A stretch of DNA of 64,000 nucleotides from Cenarchaeum sp. Its GTDB lineage: Archaea; Thermoproteota; Nitrososphaeria; Nitrososphaerales; Nitrosopumilaceae. Under the pieces are notes generated by a model. That model had not been told where the DNA came from and ran no database searches. It saw nothing but the letters and a program-made list of their open reading frames with translations. The stretch lies in the NCBI GenBank assembly GCA_965212015.1, contig OZ243037.1, positions 1-64,000 of the forward strand, in the 5' to 3' direction. Shown one piece after another: positions 1-10,223 of the stretch. Every line of letters starts with the position of its first letter. Position 1 is the stretch's first letter. A program made the position numbers and the translations under genes.

Positions 1-591
1 GTACGTGTTGCTGTCTTCCTTGTGCCCCAGCACCATGGGCCTGAACCCCTTGGGATCGCGCGCAGCATAGACGGAATTGTCGTCGGTGATAAATGTAAAG
101 CAGTACGAGCCGACCATCTCGTTTTTCAGTATCGAGAGGGCCTCGCCGATTTTTCTCTTTTCTGAGATCAGCGAGACGAGGCGTTTGGCTGCAACAAGTG
201 TGTCACTTGAGCTCTGCGGGGTAAACGTGCATCCGCCCACCATGTTTGAGAGCTCCTCTGCGTTTGCAATCGTGCCATTGTGCGCCACGCACAGATCGCT
301 TACCTTGAGCGGCTGCGCGTTCTCAAGGCTGCTACTTCCCATCGTGGAGTATCTTACGTGGCCGATGACACTCGGCGACGAGTACTGCTTTGATATCTTT
401 TTGAACTCAGACGACGAGCTGGACACGAGGCCGAGTTTTTTCAGGGGCGGCCTGTTTGGAATTGCAATGCCCCACGCCTCCTGTCCCCTGTGCTGCAAGG
501 CGCGTAGCGCATCGATTGCCATGGGGATGACATTTACGCCCTCTAGGCTGAATATCCCGATCACGCCGCAGTTTTCCCTGACCCTTGGCAA
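1..591 (-). CDS. purF: amidophosphoribosyltransferase, 5' part (runs off window start)
   Basis: Manual translation from TTG at 591: MPRVRENCGVIGIF...ALQHRGQEAW (propeptide, catalytic Cys, QHRGQ motif); directly downstream of purL. Confidence 0.93.
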   Translation of the reverse strand, partial: MPRVRENCGVIGIFSLEGVNVIPMAIDALRALQHRGQEAWGIAIPNRPPLKKLGLVSSSSSEFKKISKQYSSPSVIGHVRYSTMGSSSLENAQPLKVSDLCVAHNGTIANAEELSNMVGGCTFTPQSSSDTLVAAKRLVSLISEKRKIGEALSILKNEMVGSYCFTFITDDNSVYAARDPKGFRPMVLGHKEDSNTY

Positions 592-2733
592 CTAGATCAT
601 GGCCTCCAATGACTCTTGCCATATCCCTTGCGCCTTATCAACTCTTATGCGCGCAGCATCCCCGAACGCTATGGTCTGGCCCCCGAACTGGCCTATTATC
701 CCGTATGCGACGCCGGATTTTTTCAGGTACGATTCCAGCCCGCCGAGACTGTTTTTTTTGACCGCAAGCAGGTATCTTGAGTGGCTTTCTGAAAACATTA
801 GCCTGTCTGCGGGGATTTTTCTGGCAGGCGCATCCTCCAGTGACACGCCGCACCCCACGCCGCCGGCCATGCACATCTCTGATACCGCTATTGCCAGCCC
901 GCCCTTTGAGCAGTCGTGCGCCGCCCCGGCAATGCCGCCGTTTATCGCATAAAGCACGGCCTCCATGTTTTTTGAGGACAGGGCAAAATCCACGCCGGGC
1001 GCCCTGCCGCCGACCATACCGTGTATGTATTCCAGGTATTCAGAGCCTCCCATCTCGTCTTTTGTATCGCCTATTGCGACTAGCATGTCGCCGGAGGAGG
1101 CGGCTGACGCAGGCGGCATTACATCTGAGAGTCCCAGTATGCCGATTAGCGGCGTGGGCTTTATCGGCCCGCCCGGCGTCTCGTTGTAAAAGCTGACCTT
1201 TCCGCCGACGCACGGAATCCCGGAATGCCTTGCAAAGTCCGCAATGCCGTTCAGTGATTCAAGAAACGTCCAGAATATCTCTGGATCCTCCGGGCTTCCA
1301 AACTGCAGGTGATCCACCATCCCTATCGGCCTTGCCCCGGTGCACGCCACGTTCCGGCACGCCTCCTCAAAGCATCCGATTGCGCCCTGCCTGGGATCAA
1401 TATAGCAGTGCTTTGGATTGCCGTCAATCTTTGCTGCCAGAAACTTTCCATTGTCCAGCCTCAGAACAGATGCGTCCCCGCCGGGCTTTGTCACCGTACG
1501 TATCCCCACCTCGTGATCATACTGGCCGTACACCCATCTTTTTGACGCAATGTTGGGGCTGGCAAGCAGCCTTTGCAGTACGGACGAGAGATCCTTTGGG
1601 GTTTTTATCGCAGAGTCATCCGGCATGCAGTCCAGGTATCTCGGCCTTGCGGATTTTCTGTCGAGCAGTTGCGCGTTTGCGACTGTATCCACGGGAAGAT
1701 CCGCAAGCGTCCTGCCGCCGCCCGTAACGCGCATCATTGCGCCGGATTCCACGCCGCCAATGACTGAGCACTGTATCCTGAATTTATTGCAAATCCCCCT
1801 TAGCGCCTGCAGTTTTTTTTCAGACGTGATTATCAGCATGCGTTCCTGGGACTCTGATGTCATGATCTCGTGCGGGCGCATGTCCGGCTCCCTTGCGTGC
1901 ACCAGTCCGGTGTCCATCCTGACTCCGACTGAGAGCGCGTCTGCTGCCTCCGATACGGCGCACGACAGGCCGCCTCCCCCGAGATCCTTCATTGCGTGAA
2001 TCAGGCCTGCGTTTCTTGCCTCCAGGACCGCCTCGATTATCATCTTTTCTATGAACGGATCGGGAATCTGGACTGCCGAGCGGTCGCCGGATTCCAGCGA
2101 GTCTGATGCAAACTGCGAGCCGCCTACCCCGTCGCGCCCCGTGGGCCCGCCTAGCAGTACCAGCACGTCACCCGGACTTGCGCGGTTTTTAATCAGCCTG
2201 TCTTTTTTGCCAAAACCGATTGCCGCCACGTCGACTAGCGCATAGCCCGAATAGCACTCGTCGAACTCTGTCTCGCCCCCTATGGTGGGCACCCCGAGGC
2301 AGTTTCCATAGTCTGCAATTCCTGCAACGGCGTTTTTAAAGAGCCATCTGGCATGCGGATCCTTTTCTAGGTTGCCAAACCGGAGTCCGTCCAGTATTGC
2401 AATCGGCCTTGTTCCGGCAGACAAAATGTCGCGAATTACCCCGCCGACTCCGGTTGCCGCCCCGCCGTACGGCTCGACTGCAGACGGGTGGTTGTGGCTC
2501 TCAATGTGTACCGTGACTACATACCCGTCGCCCACGTCCAGCACCCCCGAATCGTAGCCCGTCTCATCAATTACGCGCGGCCCGCTAGTGGGGAGCTTTT
2601 TTAGGTGTTTTTTTGACGACTTGTAGGAGCAGTGCTCTGACCACTCTGCTGCCACTATGTGCATCTCTGTGTCGGTGGGACTCCGTCCGATGGATGACTT
2701 TAGGTGCGACAGCTCTTGGCCGGTAAGGTTCAA
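592..2733 (-). CDS. purL: phosphoribosylformylglycinamidine synthase subunit PurL
   Basis: WSEHCSYKSS, HIESHNHPSAVEPYGGAATGVGG, MKDLGGGG, SESQERM motifs; likely TTG start at 2733 overlapping the purQ stop. Confidence 0.97.
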   Translation of the reverse strand: MNLTGQELSHLKSSIGRSPTDTEMHIVAAEWSEHCSYKSSKKHLKKLPTSGPRVIDETGYDSGVLDVGDGYVVTVHIESHNHPSAVEPYGGAATGVGGVIRDILSAGTRPIAILDGLRFGNLEKDPHARWLFKNAVAGIADYGNCLGVPTIGGETEFDECYSGYALVDVAAIGFGKKDRLIKNRASPGDVLVLLGGPTGRDGVGGSQFASDSLESGDRSAVQIPDPFIEKMIIEAVLEARNAGLIHAMKDLGGGGLSCAVSEAADALSVGVRMDTGLVHAREPDMRPHEIMTSESQERMLIITSEKKLQALRGICNKFRIQCSVIGGVESGAMMRVTGGGRTLADLPVDTVANAQLLDRKSARPRYLDCMPDDSAIKTPKDLSSVLQRLLASPNIASKRWVYGQYDHEVGIRTVTKPGGDASVLRLDNGKFLAAKIDGNPKHCYIDPRQGAIGCFEEACRNVACTGARPIGMVDHLQFGSPEDPEIFWTFLESLNGIADFARHSGIPCVGGKVSFYNETPGGPIKPTPLIGILGLSDVMPPASAASSGDMLVAIGDTKDEMGGSEYLEYIHGMVGGRAPGVDFALSSKNMEAVLYAINGGIAGAAHDCSKGGLAIAVSEMCMAGGVGCGVSLEDAPARKIPADRLMFSESHSRYLLAVKKNSLGGLESYLKKSGVAYGIIGQFGGQTIAFGDAARIRVDKAQGIWQESLEAMI

Positions 2734-3407
2734 GCCTGCGCTCCTGCAGAGGCGAGGGACTCGAAGATAAGCGAGGACGGCCTGTGGTCTGCGGGGTTTA
2801 TCTCTTTCTCTGCTGCGCGCTCTGGATGCGGCATCATTCCCACCACGTTGCCCTCTATACTGCACACTCCGGCAATCCTATCCACCGAGCCGTTTAGTGC
2901 GTCCTCGTAGCGAAAGACGATCTGGTCGTTTCTCTCCAGCTCCCTTAGCGTCTGTGCGTCTGCAAAATACCTTCCCTCGCCGTTTGCAACCGGAATCGGG
3001 ATTCTCTGGCATAATTTTAGCTTGCTTGTAAACGGCGTCTTGTTGTTCTCCACTGTGAGGCCGGTCCAGCGGCACATGAATCCCAGCGACTCGTTTCTTA
3101 ACAGCACGCCGGGCAGCAGGCCGGCCTCTGCCAGGATTTGAAACCCGTTGCACACGCCGAGCACCGGCTTTCCCTCCCCTGCCAGCCTCCTTACGTCGTC
3201 TATTACGGGGCTGTGCGCCGCAATCGCGCCTGCGCGAAGCCTGTCGCCGTAGGAAAACCCGCCGGGCAGCACGACGGCATCGACGTCTTTTGGAAGGCCC
3301 TCTTCGTGCCAGCAGTACTGTACGTTTAAACCAAACACGTCGGCAAGGACGTGGAACATGTCGCGATCACAGTTGCTGCCAGGAAAAACTATGATCCCAA
3401 TGTTCAC
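2730..3407 (-). CDS. purQ: FGAM synthase glutaminase subunit PurQ
   Basis: FPGSNCD, PGGFSYGD, GVCNGFQ, GMMPHPER motifs. Confidence 0.97.
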   Translation of the reverse strand: MNIGIIVFPGSNCDRDMFHVLADVFGLNVQYCWHEEGLPKDVDAVVLPGGFSYGDRLRAGAIAAHSPVIDDVRRLAGEGKPVLGVCNGFQILAEAGLLPGVLLRNESLGFMCRWTGLTVENNKTPFTSKLKLCQRIPIPVANGEGRYFADAQTLRELERNDQIVFRYEDALNGSVDRIAGVCSIEGNVVGMMPHPERAAEKEINPADHRPSSLIFESLASAGAQA

Positions 3408-3463
3408 ACGGTTTGCTGGCCTGCATGGCTATTTAATCTAAAGTCCGAAAGCGCACCGTCCGA

Positions 3464-3730
3464 TCAAAGCTGTGCGTCAAAAACCCTTACTGCAATCCCG
3501 CTTACCAGCGGATTGTATATCCGCAGCTCCTCGCAGATCTCCCTTACCCTGGCCTCTGCTGATTTTTTTGTCTCCTCAGTTACGGTGAATTTCAGCGTCT
3601 TTGCGGTGCGTATCTTGGATACTGACTTGTAGCTGCCCCTTACTAGCAGATCCTTTAGTATTGTGGCGCCCTCGGGATCGCTTATCTGGGGCTTGTTCTC
3701 TATCGTCACCTGTACCTCAAAGCTGGGCAT
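3464..3730 (-). CDS. purS: FGAM synthase subunit PurS
   Basis: DPEG motif and C-terminal YNP, ~88 aa, upstream of purQ. Confidence 0.92.
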   Translation of the reverse strand: MPSFEVQVTIENKPQISDPEGATILKDLLVRGSYKSVSKIRTAKTLKFTVTEETKKSAEARVREICEELRIYNPLVSGIAVRVFDAQL

Positions 3731-3852
3731 GCCTACGATACCACACACAAACATAATTAACCTATCCTTGAATGCCTGCGCGCTCCCCTGGGTGCGGCGT
3801 GATGCGGCTGCGTGGCATTGGATTTTATAGAAGGCGATTTTTGTAGGGTACG

Positions 3853-4317
3853 ATGACGAGGCTGCGATACTGGAAGCTGACTGCCGATGAGCTTGCCGGG
3901 TTTCATTATCCGCCAGACAAGCTGTTAAACTGGGACATAAAGTGCGTCCGCGAACCAGAAGACGCCGCCGTCTTTATCGGGGTTTTTGCGTACAAAAACG
4001 GCATCCCGCTGGAATATTCCACGATAAGCGGGATTGCATACTATCACAACAATATAGACCGGGACGAGCTTCCCTCGATTACAAAGTTTTTAAAGAAAAA
4101 ATACGGCGGGGAGGAATCCGAAAAGGGGGAGAGGATATTCCTAAAGGGCGCAGATGAGCCGTATTCTGCGCAGGACATTGCCGGCCTTGCAAGGGAGCTA
4201 GACTCGGGCTTTGGGACAAAATCCACCATTACGCTGGAATTTCAGGATCTAAGCGAGGAGGATGCAAAAGAATCCGGCCTGCCTGAGGCAAAGCTGCTTC
4301 CGATTCCTGGAAAGTAA
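3853..4317 (+). CDS. conserved hypothetical protein
   Basis: 154-aa ORF with ordinary composition between purS and tatC; AT-rich TATA-like tract upstream. Confidence 0.75.
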   Translation: MTRLRYWKLTADELAGFHYPPDKLLNWDIKCVREPEDAAVFIGVFAYKNGIPLEYSTISGIAYYHNNIDRDELPSITKFLKKKYGGEESEKGERIFLKGADEPYSAQDIAGLARELDSGFGTKSTITLEFQDLSEEDAKESGLPEAKLLPIPGK

Positions 4318-4342
4318 TTAAGGCCGGTCCGGTGTATCTGGT

Positions 4343-5158
4343 ATGGTGTCTGAAATTCGTGGGATAAGCCGGCATCTTGAGGAGCTGCGCAAAAGGATGC
4401 TGCGCATAGTGCTAGTCGTAGTAGCTGTAATGGTGTTTCTCCTGACGTTTCATGCCGAACCGGTAGAGACTGCGGGCGTCACGCTGTACTATCCGGTGCC
4501 CGAGCCGCTGCACAACATTGCAGCGCAGGTGACCGATTACATGCGGGTCAACCTGGTGCCGCAAGACGTGCAGCTAATACAGACTGCGCCCGGACAGGCG
4601 TTTTTTGCCCAGGTGTACATTGCCGCACTAATCGGGGTGGTGGCTGCCATGCCGGTGATGGTGCGCGAGGCAGTCGGATTTCTGAGGCCGGCCCTGCGCG
4701 AAAACGAGATCAACATCGGGCGCTCAATTACCATTCCCGCGCTGGGACTGTTCGTCTCGGGATGCGCGTTTTCCTACTTTATGGTAATCCCGTACGTCCT
4801 TGATTTTCTGTACAGGTACGGCGAATCCGCCGGCCTTGTCACCTTTCTTAACGTGATGGACTTTGTCGCCTTTATCCTGCAGTTCCTGCTGGCATTCGGG
4901 CTGTCTTTTCAGCTCCCGCTAGTCATGTTTGCAATAACGTCCTCCGGAATGCTGGATGCGGGGTTTTGGCGAAAAAACATCCGTTACGCGCTGGTGGCCA
5001 TTGTGATATTCGGGGCGGTAATCACGCCTGACGGGAGCGGCGTTACGATGTGGTTCATTGCGTGCCCCATGATCGGCCTCTATCTTGCAGGCATGGCGAT
5101 AATAGGCAAGGGCGGTAAAAAACATTTAAATCATAATTCGGGCAAATCAGATCCATAA
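4343..5158 (+). CDS. tatC: twin-arginine translocase subunit TatC
   Basis: HLEELRKR, F(L)RPAL..NE, FQLP, A.ITPD motifs; six hydrophobic segments. Confidence 0.95.
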   Translation: MVSEIRGISRHLEELRKRMLRIVLVVVAVMVFLLTFHAEPVETAGVTLYYPVPEPLHNIAAQVTDYMRVNLVPQDVQLIQTAPGQAFFAQVYIAALIGVVAAMPVMVREAVGFLRPALRENEINIGRSITIPALGLFVSGCAFSYFMVIPYVLDFLYRYGESAGLVTFLNVMDFVAFILQFLLAFGLSFQLPLVMFAITSSGMLDAGFWRKNIRYALVAIVIFGAVITPDGSGVTMWFIACPMIGLYLAGMAIIGKGGKKHLNHNSGKSDP

Positions 5159-5355
5159 TGCTGGGACTGGCAAGCTTTATCGGGGGATCGGAGTGGATCT
5201 ATATAATAATAATCGCCATAGTCCTGATCTTTGGCGCAAAAAAGATTCCAGAGCTGGCAAAGACGTTTGGCAGGGCGAAAGGCGAGTATGAAAAGGGAAA
5301 GATCGAAGGCGACAAGGAGCTCAAAGAGTTCAAGGAAAACAAGGACGGGGCCTAG
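5158..5355 (+). CDS. tatA: twin-arginine translocase subunit TatA/E
   Basis: TM helix followed by FGAKKIPELAKTFG. Confidence 0.95.
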   Translation: MLGLASFIGGSEWIYIIIIAIVLIFGAKKIPELAKTFGRAKGEYEKGKIEGDKELKEFKENKDGA

Positions 5356-5792
5356 CGGCCCGCCACAGTCGCAAGCTCGTCGATCATTGCGCTAAACCCT
5401 TTTTGGATTTTTTTGCCCTCAAACATGCCAGTCAGCCTTGACATGCCGCCAAGCCTTATGTCTGCCGTAAACGTGACCCTCGTGCCGTGCGGCGCCTCCT
5501 CGTACGTCTCAGTAATCCTGCTGCCCTTGGCGTCGCCCCCGATGACAACGATCTCGTGCGTTCCGGGGTGCGTGACTATGTGCTTTGTCATCATTATCAG
5601 CTTTTTTCCGGCTATGCAGAGGTGCTGCTCGACTACTGCCACGTTATCCCGCCTGGATCTGATTTTTATGCGCGGAAAATACCGCGGCAGCGCAGCTTCG
5701 AGTCCCTCATAGTCTGTCGCCACGCCAAACATTCTGTCCCTGCCGGCACTTACCGTCTTTACAAAGCTCACCCTCGGCACGGAACGTATCAT
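5352..5792 (-). CDS. SRPBCC/polyketide cyclase-like (START) protein
   Basis: D(Y)E...LP.YF N-terminus, beta-strand pattern and C-terminal helix typical of SRPBCC. Confidence 0.7.
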   Translation of the reverse strand: MIRSVPRVSFVKTVSAGRDRMFGVATDYEGLEAALPRYFPRIKIRSRRDNVAVVEQHLCIAGKKLIMMTKHIVTHPGTHEIVVIGGDAKGSRITETYEEAPHGTRVTFTADIRLGGMSRLTGMFEGKKIQKGFSAMIDELATVAGR

Positions 5793-5831
5793 CCTGCCTG
5801 CAAATATAAAGCTCGAGTGCCGGTACCCGGG

Positions 5832-6383
5832 CTAGCTCCAGCGCGTGTACAGCTCGTGGCCTATGCCGAACTGGTCCAGGCACTTGCCGACGCCATAGTC
5901 CACAATGTCCGATATCGACTCTGGCTTTGTATAAAACTCTGTCACCGGCGGCAGGATTACGACGCCGAGCCGAGCAAGCTTTAGCATGTTCTCCAGGTGT
6001 ATCGCCGACAGCGGCGTCTCGCGCGCCATCAGGACCAATCTTCTTGACTCCTTTATCGTGACGCCGGCGGCCCTTGCAATCAGCGTGTCGTCGTACCCGT
6101 TTGCAATGGCAGACAGCGTCTTCATGCTGCACGGTGCGACTATCATCCCGTCGACTCTGTGCGAGCCGCTCGAAACGCTTGATGCCATGTTTGTCTCGTC
6201 TGACGTGGTGGTGGCAAGCGATCTTGCATAGTCGGCATCGTGTCCGGTCTCGATTCGGATGCACCTCGCACCCCACTTGCTCATTATCAGGTGCGTCTCT
6301 ATGCCCAGCTTTGCTAGCACCTCGAGTGTCCTTATGCCGTATATTGCCCCGGTGCTGCCAGATATTCCGATTACAAGCTGCAT
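5832..6383 (-). CDS. ubiX: flavin prenyltransferase UbiX
   Basis: GISGSTG, SSGS, APCSMKTL, RETPL motifs. Confidence 0.95.
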   Translation of the reverse strand: MQLVIGISGSTGAIYGIRTLEVLAKLGIETHLIMSKWGARCIRIETGHDADYARSLATTTSDETNMASSVSSGSHRVDGMIVAPCSMKTLSAIANGYDDTLIARAAGVTIKESRRLVLMARETPLSAIHLENMLKLARLGVVILPPVTEFYTKPESISDIVDYGVGKCLDQFGIGHELYTRWS

Positions 6384-6417
6384 GTATCTAAGTACGGTTC
6401 GGCGTGTTTTATCTGTT

Positions 6418-6642
6418 TTAGGCCGATTCTGCGTCCCTGCCGGCCGGGCTGCGGCCCTCGTCCTGGCAGTCCGCCTCGCGCCTTTTTTTCAGCCACAGGC
6501 TGATTCCTCCTGCGGCCATTGCGGTAAGCAGGATTACGCCTGTCATCTGGATCTCAAAATGGTAAAACACACGCATGATGGGCCGCAACGGGTTAAAATC
6601 TTTTTTGAGGTGGCGGGCCGGAGTGCGGCCCTGGGGCTGCAA
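6418..6642 (-). CDS. small membrane protein (start uncertain)
   Basis: One hydrophobic helix followed by a KKRR stop-transfer signal. Confidence 0.4.
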   Translation of the reverse strand: MQPQGRTPARHLKKDFNPLRPIMRVFYHFEIQMTGVILLTAMAAGGISLWLKKRREADCQDEGRSPAGRDAESA

Positions 6643-6686
6643 AAAACCTAGAATTAGTTATATTACCACCGCCTTAAAGCCAGTCC

Positions 6687-7778
6687 ATGATCAAGGGATC
6701 CGAGATCAGGAAAATCCTCGGCGGCTATGACGGGTTTAGAATCGGCGTGCTTGGAAGCCATTCGGCGCTCGAAGTCATGGACGGCGCAAAAGACGAGGGC
6801 CTGCGCACCGTCGTGCTGTGCCAGAAGGGAAGGCACGTCCCGTACCAGAGGTTCTCAAGGATTGCCGACGAGATAATAATCCTGGAAAAATTCCGGGACA
6901 TTGCGTCGGCGCAGATGCAAAAAAGACTGCGGGAGACTGGCACGATAATCGTACCGCACAGGTCGCTTACGGCGTACCTCGGATACGAGACGATCGAGAA
7001 CAAGTTTCGCGTCCCGCTGTTTGGAAACAGGTCCCTGCTGCAGGCCGAAGAGCGCGACCACAAGAGAAACCAGTACTATCTGCTGCAAAAGGCCGGCATA
7101 AAGTATCCAAAGCTGATAGGCGACCCCAGGGACATTCGCGGGCCGTCGATAGTCAAGGTCCAGGAGAGGGACAGAAAGCTAGAGCGCGCATTTTTTACGG
7201 TGGGATCGTACCCCGAGTACAGGGCAAAGTCGGCAGAAAAAATAAAACAGAAAATCATATCGCCTGCGGGCCTGAAAAAGGCAAGCATTGAGGAGCTTGC
7301 GATAGGCACGTATCTCAACTTTAACTATTTTTACACGCCAGTCTCCGGGCAGGTGGACTTTATCGGGATAGAAAGGAGGCTGCAGACAAACATACACGAC
7401 TTTAACGCCCTTCCGGCCAGGCAGCAGCTAGAGATGGACGTCGAGCTGCAAAACATCGAAGTCGGCCACACCCCTGCAAGCATCAGGGAGTCGCTGCTAG
7501 ACCCTGTCATCAAGCTAGGCGATAAATTCGTACGTGCCGTGAAAAAAGAGTATCCGCCGGGAATCATCGGGCCGTTTTCCCTCCAAAGCGTGATTACCAA
7601 GGACCTTGAGATTGTCGTGTACGACGTCTCGCTGAGGGTCCCCGGAAACCCGATAGTGGCAACTACCAGCCCGTACACAAAGTACCAGTACGGCACCACG
7701 TTTGGGATAGGGCGGAGGATAGCCATGGAAATAAAGCAGGCGCAGGACCAGGGCAGGCTAGGCGAGATAGTGACCTAG
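6687..7778 (+). CDS. purP: formate-dependent AICAR transformylase (FAICAR synthetase), PurP family
   Basis: GSHSAL..DGAKDEG, FGNR..L..EER, ASIRESLL, GPFSLQ ATP-grasp motifs. Confidence 0.93.
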   Translation: MIKGSEIRKILGGYDGFRIGVLGSHSALEVMDGAKDEGLRTVVLCQKGRHVPYQRFSRIADEIIILEKFRDIASAQMQKRLRETGTIIVPHRSLTAYLGYETIENKFRVPLFGNRSLLQAEERDHKRNQYYLLQKAGIKYPKLIGDPRDIRGPSIVKVQERDRKLERAFFTVGSYPEYRAKSAEKIKQKIISPAGLKKASIEELAIGTYLNFNYFYTPVSGQVDFIGIERRLQTNIHDFNALPARQQLEMDVELQNIEVGHTPASIRESLLDPVIKLGDKFVRAVKKEYPPGIIGPFSLQSVITKDLEIVVYDVSLRVPGNPIVATTSPYTKYQYGTTFGIGRRIAMEIKQAQDQGRLGEIVT

Positions 7779-8197
7779 GCCTGCATCTCTTCTTTGAGCA
7801 GGTTTTTTCTGACCAGTATCGGAATGTTGTAAAACGCGGCAAGGGCCAGCGCGTCAGACGCCCTATAGTTTCTCAGTACGACGTCCTTTTTTCCCGTAAG
7901 GTACAGGTTGGCGCGCAGCGCCTCGCCGCTGTCGTATATCTTGACTTTGACTAGCACCAGCTCGCACTGCTCGCAGATCTCCTCGAGCATCTTGTAGATT
8001 GTCGGCATTGATCTCGAATCGCTGGTAAAGCTGGAAATGTGCTGCGCCACCTCGCCAGAAAACGCCCTGATGTGAAATTTTTTGCCGTCGTCGGACTTTA
8101 GCACCAGTATGCCCTCCATGCCGTGCGGGTCGACCATTCCTATGTAATCGAACTGTACTGCCTCATAGTCAGGATCCTGCCTTTGATCAATCTTCAA
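7775..8197 (-). CDS. bifunctional nuclease family protein (DUF151)
   Basis: RASDALALA...PILV C-terminal motif. Confidence 0.8.
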   Translation of the reverse strand: MKIDQRQDPDYEAVQFDYIGMVDPHGMEGILVLKSDDGKKFHIRAFSGEVAQHISSFTSDSRSMPTIYKMLEEICEQCELVLVKVKIYDSGEALRANLYLTGKKDVVLRNYRASDALALAAFYNIPILVRKNLLKEEMQA

Positions 8198-8346
8198 CGT
8201 AAACCCCAGCCCTACATCGGCCCGTGCGCATATAAAGATACACCGCAGACTGGCACTCTTGTCCGTATTTTACACCCGGCAAAAGATCCGGCAGCCTGCA
8301 ATGCCCGAGGCCGCAGGTTTCACTCTAGTTAAAATATCAGTAATAT

Positions 8347-10182
8347 TTGGGTTGGTTGGGTTTGTCCAGCGAAGTCAAGCGTTCCATGTCGTACGTGTTA
8401 GGCAGGCCTGTCTCCGCCTATATGACCACCGAGGTGCTGATGATGCCGCAGGACACCTCCACGCGCGAGGCGACGCGCACGATGCAGCACCGCGAGCGCG
8501 ACGACGTCATTGTGACTGACGAGTACGGCAAGCCCGTGGGTATAGTCACCGACGAGGACATACTCAGCAAGGTAAGCGACATTACAGTCACCGCAGAGGC
8601 CACCTCCCTCAAGGACATAATGAGCACCTCGCTTATCACGATTGACGAGCACGCCTCGCTGCAAGAAGCGCTGCACACCATGAGGGACAACAAGATAAGA
8701 AAGCTGCCGGTCCTGTCCAAAAAGAACGTCGTGGTGGGGATAATACTGCAAATGACCATAGCAAACGTGATACGCGACGCCACTGCCGTGCAGCCCCGGC
8801 TGCTCAGCCCGCCGGTAAAGGCGATACTGGGAAACCTGGGATTCGTGCTGCAGTTTGCAGGCGTGCTGCTGCTGGTGCCTGCAATAATGGCCACCATCCT
8901 AAATGACACCGTCACTGCCACCGGAATCTATCTCAGTACCGTGCTGCTGCTGGTGACCGGCTTTTTTCTCAACTCTTACGGCGAAAAGGCCAGCCTTAAC
9001 ATGCAGCAGGCGTCAATCCTGGTATTTGCCAGCCTGTTCATCCTCATACTGTTTGGCACCATACCGTACCTGTACGTCGCGCCGCTTGATGAAAAGTCCG
9101 CCGTCGAGGTATTTGCAAACGGGTTCTTTTCTAGCGCCGCAGGCTTTACCACCGGGGGGATATCGCTCTTTGACAAGCCCGAGGAGCTGCCGCAGAGCTT
9201 TACATTTTATCGCAGCTTTACGCAGCTTGTGGGGGGAATGAGCTTTATCTATCTTGTAATCACGGCGTTTTACCCCGAAAGCAAGCTGCAGTCGATGCGT
9301 GGATTCATTTCCGGCAGGACGCTCCACATGAGGGAGCTGTTCGGCACGATTACCATAATCTTTACGCTGTATATCGTGATAGTGACCGTGCTTTTGTACA
9401 TATTCGGCGAGCAGGACATTCTGGGCAACGTGTCACTGGCAATGAGCACGCTTGCAACGGGCGGCTTTGTCCCGTCGTCGACCATACTGCAGGACATGAT
9501 ATGGCAGGAGCACGTGGTGCTGATGGCCGCCATGATACTTGGCGCGCTGCCCTTTACGTTCCACTATGGCTTTGTAAGAAAGAGGTTCCTCTCGCCAAAG
9601 CTCGGCAAGGAAGTGCTGGTGTTCTTTGGAATTCTGGGCGGTGCGGTAATACTGTTTACGTGGATTAGCGGACTGGATCCCATATTTGGCGCGTTTTACA
9701 CGATATCGGCGGGGACTACTGCGGGGCTGCAGATTACCAGCCTTGAGACGCTCAACGGCGGGGCGCACACAATTCTAATCCTGCTGATGTTTATAGGGGG
9801 ATGCGGGTTTTCCACCGCCGGCGGAATCAAGATCTTTAGGTTCATCCAGGTCACCAGGTTCCTCCACGTGATAAAGAGGGACAGCAGGCAAAAGATGGAC
9901 GCAGGCGAGAAAAAAGAGCTCGTAACCACAATGATAATACTCGCCCTGTTCCCGGTGATTGCCGCCGTGACTGCGGCGCACCTGATGTCGCTGACTGACA
10001 CGACGTTTGATAACGCATTTTTGGAGGCTGCCGGCCTCATCACGACGGGGGGGCTTTCTGCCAACGTCATCACCACCGAGCTGGATCCGGCCACAAAAAT
10101 CGCGATGAGCTTTCTTATGATATTTGGCCGGCTGGAGATAATAGCCATCCTGTACATCTTTGTTCCAAAGCTGTCGCCGTAA
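8347..10182 (+). CDS. trkH: TrkH-type K+ transporter with N-terminal CBS domain pair
   Basis: Two CBS domains (GIVTDEDI, IRKLPVL) then four P-loop repeats (FTTGG, LATGG, GTTAG, ITTGG), GG.GFSTAGGIK and GRLE; start may be slightly downstream. Confidence 0.92.
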   Translation: MGWLGLSSEVKRSMSYVLGRPVSAYMTTEVLMMPQDTSTREATRTMQHRERDDVIVTDEYGKPVGIVTDEDILSKVSDITVTAEATSLKDIMSTSLITIDEHASLQEALHTMRDNKIRKLPVLSKKNVVVGIILQMTIANVIRDATAVQPRLLSPPVKAILGNLGFVLQFAGVLLLVPAIMATILNDTVTATGIYLSTVLLLVTGFFLNSYGEKASLNMQQASILVFASLFILILFGTIPYLYVAPLDEKSAVEVFANGFFSSAAGFTTGGISLFDKPEELPQSFTFYRSFTQLVGGMSFIYLVITAFYPESKLQSMRGFISGRTLHMRELFGTITIIFTLYIVIVTVLLYIFGEQDILGNVSLAMSTLATGGFVPSSTILQDMIWQEHVVLMAAMILGALPFTFHYGFVRKRFLSPKLGKEVLVFFGILGGAVILFTWISGLDPIFGAFYTISAGTTAGLQITSLETLNGGAHTILILLMFIGGCGFSTAGGIKIFRFIQVTRFLHVIKRDSRQKMDAGEKKELVTTMIILALFPVIAAVTAAHLMSLTDTTFDNAFLEAAGLITTGGLSANVITTELDPATKIAMSFLMIFGRLEIIAILYIFVPKLSP

Positions 10183-10223
10183 GGGCAAGATACAGTTTAA
10201 TGCCGCGCCGGCAAAATTAGTGC

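Noticed and set aside
2734-2865. N-terminal extension of PurL
   Set aside because: Overlaps purQ; a TTG at 2733 coupled to the purQ stop is the better start
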